A program made the position numbers and the translations under genes. Shown here in pieces: positions 56,571-64,000 of a stretch of 64,000 nt of DNA; the stretch's first letter is position 1, and each line of letters begins with the position of its first letter. The DNA is from Spirochaetota bacterium (GTDB taxonomy: Bacteria; Spirochaetota; UBA4802; UBA5550). The notes below the pieces were generated by a model. That model was not told the origin of the DNA. It saw only the letters and a list, made by a program, of their open reading frames with translations, and did not search any database. The stretch lies in contig CAXXHB010000003.1 in NCBI GenBank assembly GCA_963664815.2, positions 160,001-224,000 on the forward strand, in the 5' to 3' direction.

Positions 56571-56873
56571 ATGCCATATATGTACATACTGAGATGTATT
56601 GATGATACTTATTATACAGGCAGTACCTGGGATTTGGATAGAAGATTGGAACAACATAATGCCGGAGAGGGTGCTAATTATACTTCAAAAAGAATCCCTG
56701 TAGCATTAGTATATTATGAATACTATGATTCAATAAGCACAGCGTATGAACGTGAAAAGCAGATTCAGGGATGGAATCGTGCTAAAAAGAAGGCATTGAT
56801 TAATGGCAATAAAGAAGAACTTCACCTTAGCTCAGAATGTAGTAATGAAACTCATTTCAGTAATAAAAAGTAA
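56571..56873 (+). CDS. Stand-alone GIY-YIG endonuclease
   Basis: YMYILRC.D.TYYTGST.DL.RR..QH..G.GANYT, A..REKQIQGW.R.KK.ALI. Confidence 0.92.
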   Translation: MPYMYILRCIDDTYYTGSTWDLDRRLEQHNAGEGANYTSKRIPVALVYYEYYDSISTAYEREKQIQGWNRAKKKALINGNKEELHLSSECSNETHFSNKK

Positions 56874-57134
56874 TAGAAAACTTGCATGCTTTGACTCCAA
56901 GGTTGGTGAGCCTGTCGAACCACAGCAAGCGTGTGGGTAGTTGACTTTTGAGTTCGTGTTCAGGACGCTCATTGAGCGGAGTCGAAATGAGCAATTTATG
57001 AATATGACTAATACCGATCGGCTTGTACTGAGCGTAGCCGGAGTAAGCCGAATGAGCAATTTATGAATACGACTAATACCGATTGGCTTGTGCTGGTCAC
57101 AGCCGGAGTAAGTCGAAATGAGCAATTTATGAAT
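56870..57134. repeat. REP-like repeat cluster (right of GIY-YIG gene) plus 65-66 bp tandem repeat
   Basis: 56870-56992 repeats the left-hand units; aatgagcaatttatgaat recurs at 56986, 57051 and 57117. Confidence 0.9.
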
Positions 57135-57172
57135 GAAACCTTTTCAAAATGTGAACAAAACGAGGTTAACAG

Positions 57173-57694
57173 ATGAAAAAAACAGATATTATATTTATGC
57201 TTATTATTGCATCAGCCTTGTTTTGCGGATGCACTACTTTTTTCTCAAAAGCCGGTAATGCAGAAAGAGTATTAACTCATGAAATCAGATACAGTCACAA
57301 GGGGTCGAAGTCCGAGGGTCGAAGCGGTTATCTGAATTTTAAAAATGTTCTGCTTCCTGACTGTTTCAGTACGGTTGTTGATGGCGGTATGGTTTACATT
57401 TTTAAGTCAAAGAATACAACATGGGGTGATGACGGCTATTTCCCCTCTGATGGCGAACCTGCAGAGAGGGTTTATCCATCGGTAAACAACAGGATTTCTG
57501 ATGAAGATATTTCCCGTGGATGGTGTGAAGTAACCGGACATTATATTAATGCCCCTGCCGGATGGATCTTCGTTAAATGGTCAAACGGCAGTGCTGTGTT
57601 ATCTCCCGTTAAAGTTGATGAATTTGTAAAAGTAAAATCTATCAGACTTATTCCAAGAAATACAATGTTCTCCGGGAAGACGCTTTTAAGATAG
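57173..57694 (+). CDS. Hypothetical lipoprotein
   Basis: GAGG SD; signal peptide with lipobox FCGC. Confidence 0.7.
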   Translation: MKKTDIIFMLIIASALFCGCTTFFSKAGNAERVLTHEIRYSHKGSKSEGRSGYLNFKNVLLPDCFSTVVDGGMVYIFKSKNTTWGDDGYFPSDGEPAERVYPSVNNRISDEDISRGWCEVTGHYINAPAGWIFVKWSNGSAVLSPVKVDEFVKVKSIRLIPRNTMFSGKTLLR

Positions 57695-57993
57695 CATACA
57701 TGATTACAACAGCAGTCTCGTGGTGTTTGATTTGTACTGCTTCATTCTTAAATATAATATAAAATTGCAAAAAAACTGCATCTTAATGTTTATTACTTCC
57801 TGTTTTTTCAGTATTATTTTTTACAAAAAGATTAAAATGTTTATATTATTATCCACAATCTTAATTATTAAAAAAAAATAATCAATTAATCGCTCTATTA
57901 TTTGTTTATTTTTGAATATAAATGTTAAAAATACGTTGACATAGCGTCATATTGTGAATTTATACCCTTTAATATCGATAAAGGAGATGTTAT

Positions 57994-58272
57994 ATGAAAA
58001 AGATTTTTGCTCATTTATTTATTGTTGCGTTGCTGATTTCGGCAATTGGGTGTACTTCTTATCATCCGATTTCAGCAACATCAAATCCTCTTGGATCTAA
58101 AACTGGAGAATCCAGCAGACTTTACATTTTGGGTCTCATTCCTACCGGAGGAGAAAACACCATTTCTGCTGCTGCAAAAGAGGGGAAGATTACAAAAATA
58201 TCTACCGTTGATTTCAAGTGGTCCTGGTATGTCTTTGCAATTCAGCATACAACAATTGTTACTGGTGAATAA
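57994..58272 (+). CDS. TRL-like family lipoprotein
   Basis: Lipobox AIGC; KTGE..ILGL...AAKEGKITKISTVD...TIVTGE. Confidence 0.8.
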   Translation: MKKIFAHLFIVALLISAIGCTSYHPISATSNPLGSKTGESSRLYILGLIPTGGENTISAAAKEGKITKISTVDFKWSWYVFAIQHTTIVTGE

Positions 58273-58277
58273 AACTA

Positions 58278-58309
58278 TCCGGGAGGGGGGTATATGTCCC
58301 CCTCCTGAT
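58278..58309 (+). terminator. GC-rich hairpin after TRL-like gene
   Basis: ggagggggg-tatatg-tccccctcc; no clear U-tail on the plus strand. Confidence 0.45.
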
Positions 58310-58468
58310 AAAAATCAACAGTAAAATTCAGGATAAGCTTTATAATAAATTTAATAATACGTTTACATTTTCAATTACTACATCATCCTGGTTTTCACAA
58401 AATTAAAGCCTGTTATAATTTATAATTTAAAATTTAAAAAAATCTAATATATCTGAATGAAATAAACT

Positions 58469-59011
58469 ATGACCAAAAAATTTTTAATAATTCTTCTTAT
58501 ACAACTACAACTTATCTTTACCTTCGGATGTTCGAATAATGAAAAGAAAGAAGACTACCTGGAAGCTGGTATATTCTCCTTTTCAAAACCTGATAATAAT
58601 ATCTGGAACCTGGATTCTCCGGATATACTTTCAAAGTTTTATCCAAAATATAAAGAGGATAATTTAACCATCATCCCTGTTACCTCGTTTTCCACTAAAA
58701 AAAACAATGGTGTTATAATCATATCAAAAATTATAACTGATGGATTATTATCTTCATCATTAAAGGAATCGCAGGAAAAATTTAAAAATAAAAATAAACA
58801 GGTAAGGAAGACATTTGAAGATTCGTATATAATAAATGGTCTTAATTTCAAACATTATTTATTTGATACAAAAGTTACATTTACAAGGATCTATGTGACA
58901 AATAATATAAAAAACCCGACGGATGCTTTGATTATTGATTTTATATGCCAGCCGGATCAATATCAGATATTATCTTCTTCTTTTAAAAGCTTTATTTTAT
59001 CTTTTAAGTAG
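58469..59011 (+). CDS. Hypothetical lipoprotein (possibly PsbP/DcrB-like fold)
   Basis: Lipobox TFGC; FSFSKP..W; C-terminal F..FI.SF pattern. Confidence 0.55.
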   Translation: MTKKFLIILLIQLQLIFTFGCSNNEKKEDYLEAGIFSFSKPDNNIWNLDSPDILSKFYPKYKEDNLTIIPVTSFSTKKNNGVIIISKIITDGLLSSSLKESQEKFKNKNKQVRKTFEDSYIINGLNFKHYLFDTKVTFTRIYVTNNIKNPTDALIIDFICQPDQYQILSSSFKSFILSFK

Positions 59012-59217
59012 TGACGATTGATGAAAGATAATTGTGAATTTAAATAAATTTCTTCAGTAGGGAAATTCTGATTTTATCCGGTTTCTGGTGGTAGTTCCCC
59101 AAGGTTCACCCCCCCGATTTATTATGCAACTTTTTAAGCAGCAGATCTGTTATTACAAACATAAAGTGTAATAAAAAAAAAGCGTAATAAAATTCCGTTC
59201 AGGGGAGTTGTAAATAA

Positions 59218-60960
59218 ATGAAAAAGAGAATACTTCTGGTTTATCCGGAAAATCCTTTGACCTACTGGAGCTTTAAATATGCGCTGAAATTTGTTAATAA
59301 AAAGGCTGCCATGCCGCCGCTTGGCCTCATGACAGTTGCGGCAATACTGCCGCAGGAATATGATATCAGGCTGATTGATCTCAACGTGAAACAGCTTCAC
59401 GATAAGGATATAGAATGGGCCGACATTGTATTTCTCTCTGCCATGATTGTACAGAAAGATTCATTCAGCGAAGTAGTGAAGCGATGCAACAATGCAGGTG
59501 TGCCGGTAGCTGCAGGCGGTCCATACCCATCGTCCTCTTATGAAATTATCAGCGGTGTTGATTATTTTATACTGGATGAGGGTGAGATAACAATCCCCCG
59601 CTTTGTTCAGGACTGGGAAAACGGAAATCCGGCGCATATTTACCGTGCCGATGAAAAACCGGACCTGTCACTTTCACCCGCTCCAAGGTATGACATTATT
59701 GACGTGAACAATTACACATCAATGGCAATACAGAATTCACGCGGTTGCCCGTTTTCATGCGAGTTCTGCGATATAATCAAGATGTTCGGCCGTAAGCCAA
59801 GGTTGAAAACTCCGGGGCAGTTTATAGCGGAGATGGATACTGTTTACAATACAGGATTCCGCGGATCGGTCTTTATAGTAGATGACAATTTTATAGGGAA
59901 CACACGTGAAGTGAAAATCCTTCTGAAGGAGATAGCGCTGTGGCAGACAAAGCATTTCTATCCCTTTACGTTTTATACAGAGTCGAGCATTAATCTTGCG
60001 GCAGAGGAAGAGATTCTGGATCTTATGGTTCAATGCTGCTTCACCATGGTCTTTCTTGGAGTGGAGACTCCGGATGAAAATACTCTTACGGCAATCAACA
60101 AGGGTCAGAATGTCCGCTTTAATGTTTTTGAAAGCATAAAGAAGATCCAGTCGAAAGGTATAGAGGTGACCTCCGGATTTATTGTAGGCTTTGATACGGA
60201 TACGGATGATATATTTCAGAGGCAGATAGATTTTATCCAGCGTGCCGGAATACCGATGGCTATGATCGGTATCCTTATGGCCCTGCCGGGAACGGAATTA
60301 TACCGCAGACTGGAGAGAGAGGGGAGACTGCTCGATGAATCGAGCGGAAACAATACCAACAACCTGGAACTGAATTTTATACCGGTAATGGAAGCATCAA
60401 AGCTTGTTGCCGGATATAAAAAAGTACTGGGAGAAATTTACAACCCGAAGAAATATTTTGAAAGAACGCTGACATTCCTGTCGCGGGTGCCGGCAGATAA
60501 ACATATTGTGCATCGGGTTGAAAAGGGGGATCTTGCTGCATTCGGCAGATCGTTCCTAACACAGACATTCTCACGGTATGGTTTCAGATATCTGTCTTTT
60601 CTTTTTAAGGCAGCGCTGTTTTATACAGATAATTTCGCACTTGCAGTCAACATCGCCGTAAAGGGGCATCATTTTTTTACCATTACACGGTTAACCCTGG
60701 CGACGGATGAGTTTAATTCATATGCGGCCAGAGTTACTGCCAGGTTTGAATCCAGGCTGATGAAAAAAACAGAGCGGGGAAGGATTATTCCTGCGTACAT
60801 TAATTTATGTTCTGAACTGGCAAAAAAACAGATAATGAGAAAATACAGGAGTATGACAATAATTGTACACGATCTCTCATGGTATGAATACCAGGAATTT
60901 ATAAGAAAGATTGATGCCGTTGCTGAAGCGTACAGGTTAATGGTGGCATTCCCGGTATAA
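59218..60960 (+). CDS. B12-binding radical SAM protein (DUF4070-type C-terminus)
   Basis: PPLGL, GGPY, RGCPFSCEFC, VDDNFIG, GFIVGFD. Confidence 0.92.
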   Translation: MKKRILLVYPENPLTYWSFKYALKFVNKKAAMPPLGLMTVAAILPQEYDIRLIDLNVKQLHDKDIEWADIVFLSAMIVQKDSFSEVVKRCNNAGVPVAAGGPYPSSSYEIISGVDYFILDEGEITIPRFVQDWENGNPAHIYRADEKPDLSLSPAPRYDIIDVNNYTSMAIQNSRGCPFSCEFCDIIKMFGRKPRLKTPGQFIAEMDTVYNTGFRGSVFIVDDNFIGNTREVKILLKEIALWQTKHFYPFTFYTESSINLAAEEEILDLMVQCCFTMVFLGVETPDENTLTAINKGQNVRFNVFESIKKIQSKGIEVTSGFIVGFDTDTDDIFQRQIDFIQRAGIPMAMIGILMALPGTELYRRLEREGRLLDESSGNNTNNLELNFIPVMEASKLVAGYKKVLGEIYNPKKYFERTLTFLSRVPADKHIVHRVEKGDLAAFGRSFLTQTFSRYGFRYLSFLFKAALFYTDNFALAVNIAVKGHHFFTITRLTLATDEFNSYAARVTARFESRLMKKTERGRIIPAYINLCSELAKKQIMRKYRSMTIIVHDLSWYEYQEFIRKIDAVAEAYRLMVAFPV

Positions 60961-61092
60961 TAATTATACCGGATACACCATGCTGATTTATTTTTTTAAT
61001 TGAGGATATATATCCTGAAGATAATTTTTTAATACTCCCTTACATTCTGTTTAACAAACAATTGTTTTAACAGACAATACAATAGACAATAC

Positions 61093-61131
61093 AATAAAGA
61101 AGAGAGGCATATCTGGCCTCTCTTCTTTATT
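61093..61131. terminator. Hairpin between convergent genes, probable terminator
   Basis: aataaagaagagaggc-atatctg-gcctctcttctttatt. Confidence 0.75.
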
Positions 61132-61201
61132 GGTGACTTTATTGGCAAAACAACGACCACCCGCCTGGCGGGTGGTACTGATTATAAGAACAGTTTTTAA
61201 A

Positions 61202-62326
61202 TTACCATACTATACCGGTTGAAACATTAACAGCCGCGCCGTTGTCTATCGGATACCATGTGGCACTTAGATCTATTGGAAGTGGTCCAAGGCATATGCC
61301 GAGGCCGCCGGTTAACCTTGCATGTGCAAGCGACGGATTGCCGTCTGTTCCGGCATCGATTACAACACTGCCGGGAGTACCCGCAGTGCCATCGTTTGAT
61401 GTTGCAAGCTCTGTGTGTGAACTGTCGTAAACTTTTAAGCCTGTTGTAGAGTTCATAACGACTTCCGACTGTCCGAACATAAAATCAACTCCTGCACCGA
61501 GTGTCAGGTTGAATATCCAGAGTAATCTTATGGATGTAGATATATCAAGCGGAATGGTATAGCTGGTTACATCGATGCCGAAGGTTGCTTTCGGTTCAAG
61601 TCCAATATAGTATGGACCCCCTGTCGCGGTAATAGCTTCAGTATATTCACGGTCAAGAGTGAGAGTCATATCTATTTTGTTTGAGTTGTACAGAAGGCCT
61701 GATCCAACGGATATCCCTGTCCATTTAAATGCTTTAAATCTGTCCCCGCCCCTGTCAACAAGCTGGTAGTTTAAGCCGAAACCGAAGGTTGTTGCATCAA
61801 AGGAGTAATCACCTGCATCCACCGAGTATGTAAAGTACTTAACATTGAAGTATATGCGGTTTCCATTTAAACCGAGCAGTTTTGACATATTTAACCCGAG
61901 GTTAAATGCTGATCCAACCCCGGCGCCTGCATCTGTATCTTTATCTTTTTTTATATCATTGCTCATCTGGTCAATAGCGTCTGCAGAGAGTGATGGAAGC
62001 TCTATAGCGATAGATCCGCCAGCCATAAAGGCAAAAAGATCATACCCCTGGTAGCCGTCCAGAGAAGCAGCCCGTGATGCAAATCCAACAGAATTGCCGA
62101 AACCCTTTGCAAGTTTATCCTGGGTACCAAGGGACAGGTCGGATATAATATCAGTGTTCAAACTACCTGAAGTATTGTAAGTTGAAAGTGCAGTGTTTAT
62201 TGCATTATAACCAGAAACTGATGAATTAACTTGCGGTACAGTTATTGTTACCGTTACCTTGGCAGAAAGACTCCCCGCTGATACGAGCAAAAGCAGTATC
62301 AGAAAAATGCCTGTTATTTTTTTCAT
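61202..62326 (-). CDS. Outer-membrane/surface beta-rich protein, resembles Leptospira Lsa36-type family (from recall)
   Basis: Signal peptide MKKITG...LSA; FKWTGISVG, TIPLDIST..R...LGAG; C-terminal W. Confidence 0.6.
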   Translation of the reverse strand: MKKITGIFLILLLLVSAGSLSAKVTVTITVPQVNSSVSGYNAINTALSTYNTSGSLNTDIISDLSLGTQDKLAKGFGNSVGFASRAASLDGYQGYDLFAFMAGGSIAIELPSLSADAIDQMSNDIKKDKDTDAGAGVGSAFNLGLNMSKLLGLNGNRIYFNVKYFTYSVDAGDYSFDATTFGFGLNYQLVDRGGDRFKAFKWTGISVGSGLLYNSNKIDMTLTLDREYTEAITATGGPYYIGLEPKATFGIDVTSYTIPLDISTSIRLLWIFNLTLGAGVDFMFGQSEVVMNSTTGLKVYDSSHTELATSNDGTAGTPGSVVIDAGTDGNPSLAHARLTGGLGICLGPLPIDLSATWYPIDNGAAVNVSTGIVW

Positions 62327-62515
62327 TGTAAACCTCATATTTGTTTTTTTATATATATTTAAATGATAATAATTCACTATTTTAAATTCGTCAATAATTT
62401 ATTTAAAATACACTTTATTGGTTATACACTTTGTCGGAGATGTGATGATTAATCGGTATTTTTATAAATTCAGTTTAAATAGATCCATGTTATGAATGAA
62501 GAGGGTGTTTTAGAA

Positions 62516-62545
62516 TTGACATTTTAGAAGTATAGCCGCTATAAT
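62516..62545 (+). promoter_or_regulatory. Consensus sigma70 promoter
   Basis: TTGACA-N18-TATAAT. Confidence 0.7.
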
Positions 62546-62753
62546 AAGTAGTTCCGGTTAATTACAGGCAATAATTCGGAAGTGTTCAATTACAGTTGAA
62601 TTCTTCCTTCGCCTGGATGTGGAGATCCTCTGTTTTTTTATGGTCATTTTCTGTTATAACAGCGGGTGTCTTTTTTTTATCACCGGTAATTAAAATAATG
62701 TTTTGGAGTATTTTCTCTGTCAGAAATGAATCTGTGTACAGCAGGTAATAAAA

Positions 62754-64000
62754 ATGTCTGATATTATAAATAAAAAAAGACTTACTATTGAGGAAGAGAG
62801 ATTTACCTTTTTTGACAGGTATGCAATTCAGCAGGAAACAATATCGGAAATATCAAATTCCCCCATTTTTGTTTCAGGAGAAATTAATCAGCTGGCTTTA
62901 CTGATAACCGTGAAAGCATCAAAAGCCCTGGGTGTAGACAGGGCTGCAATCTCTCTTTTTGATGAATCCGGCGATAATCTCAGATGTATTGACCTCTTTG
63001 ATTCATCAACGGGGAAACATTCTTCAGGCGAGGTTATATTAAGGGATGTATATGAGAAAAGATTCAGAGATCTTGGCACGTCAAGGTACATTATAATTGA
63101 TGATATTCCGAATGACCGTGAGCATACGGAGTATATCGGGTATTATCTCAAACCGCGCAGTATAGAATCAATACTTATATCAACAATTAAAATTGCCGGG
63201 AAGACAGCCGGAGTGTTATCGCTCGGTTATGTGAACAGGAAACATAAATGGCATAATGATGAAATTATTTTTTCCTGCCAGCTTGCCGACCAGATGTCAA
63301 TTGGAATACTTAACAGCGGGTGTATAACATCAGAGAGCATTCTCCGGGAGAAGGAGAATACCCTTAACAGTATTTTCAAAGCATCGCCTGCCGGCATCGG
63401 CCTGGTTCGGGACAGGATGCTTCTTGAGGTAAATGATGCGGTATGCAGAATGACCGGTTATACCAGGGATGAGATTCTTAATCATACATCGAGAAAGCTA
63501 TATTCAACCGGCGAAGAGTATAAACGTGTCTTGTCTCTTGTTGCCGGCCAGTTAACGGATAAAGGGTCGTCTGATCTGGAGACTGAGTGGCGCTGTAAAG
63601 ACGGGAGAAGCCTTAACGTTCTCTTAAGTTCAGTTCCGATTGATATTAAAGATCTTTCAAGAGGATTTACATTTATTGCCCTTGATATAACCGAAAGAAA
63701 GCTGCTGGAAAACAGCCTGAAACAGCGCAATGGCGAGCTTGAAGATCTTAACCGCAGGCTTTTATCGGCATATGATGAACTTGGAACAACCAACAATGAA
63801 CTTAAGTCGGCATATTACGAGCTTGAAGCAACGAACGAAGAGCTCCAGGCAACTCTTGAAGAGCTTGAATCTTCAAACGAGGAGCTTGTTGAGGCCAATG
63901 ACCTGCTTGTTACAAGCGAGGAGCGGTACAGGTCTATTGTCGAAAATACCCATGGCGGAATAATGATTATCAATGACAGCTCTGTTATTACATTTGTAAA
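62754..64000 (+). CDS. GAF-PAS-coiled-coil-PAS sensory protein, 3'-truncated by window edge (output domain not visible; not in ORF track)
   Basis: Manual translation MSDIINKK...; GAF (LGVDRAAISLFD...QLADQ), PAS (VNDAVCRMTGY...KDG...DITERK), ELEATNEELQATLEELESSNEEL, second PAS start; no stop seen. Confidence 0.88.
   Translation, partial: MSDIINKKRLTIEEERFTFFDRYAIQQETISEISNSPIFVSGEINQLALLITVKASKALGVDRAAISLFDESGDNLRCIDLFDSSTGKHSSGEVILRDVYEKRFRDLGTSRYIIIDDIPNDREHTEYIGYYLKPRSIESILISTIKIAGKTAGVLSLGYVNRKHKWHNDEIIFSCQLADQMSIGILNSGCITSESILREKENTLNSIFKASPAGIGLVRDRMLLEVNDAVCRMTGYTRDEILNHTSRKLYSTGEEYKRVLSLVAGQLTDKGSSDLETEWRCKDGRSLNVLLSSVPIDIKDLSRGFTFIALDITERKLLENSLKQRNGELEDLNRRLLSAYDELGTTNNELKSAYYELEATNEELQATLEELESSNEELVEANDLLVTSEERYRSIVENTHGGIMIINDSSVITFV

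Noticed and set aside
56274-57125. Short ORFs 56274-56471, 56299-56529 and 56832-57125
   Set aside because: Translations of the repeat units, with no protein signature.
56232-57134. CRISPR array
   Set aside because: No unique spacers between identical repeats, irregular period and no cas genes in the window.
57849-57857. DnaA box TTATCCACA / oriC
   Set aside because: Single box with no cluster or dnaA nearby; plausible by chance.
59056-59120. G/C-run segment as tRNA or group II intron end
   Set aside because: No cloverleaf and no domain V motif.

Overview
Mostly core chromosome of an AT-rich spirochaete that looks related to Leptospira. That assignment is inferred from an L14 insertion and recalled Leptospira-type surface-protein families; no database was searched. 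Bases 1-21.8 kb hold the 3' part of rpoC, the str operon (with a divergent EF-G), tuf and the S10-spc-alpha ribosomal cluster, including an rpmJ that the ORF track misses. Bases 21.8-43 kb hold housekeeping and envelope genes: DUF2225, truA, an outer-membrane barrel and lipoprotein, lysC, ddl, pssA, moaC, CIRCE-groESL, an apparently inactive penicillin-acylase homolog, bactofilin-yaaR-holB-ricT-metG and parAB. Bases 43-64 kb are more accessory and partly GC-richer: ArsR/CDF metal efflux, trpS, rluD, an HD-GYP protein, ilvB with a complete leader-peptide attenuator, a clostripain lipoprotein, small lipoproteins, a B12 radical SAM enzyme, an outer-membrane protein and a GAF-PAS sensor cut by the window end. 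The best candidate for an undescribed system is a stand-alone GIY-YIG nuclease (56.57-56.87 kb) embedded in nested, GTAG-headed hairpin repeats. No rRNA, tRNA or CRISPR array was seen.
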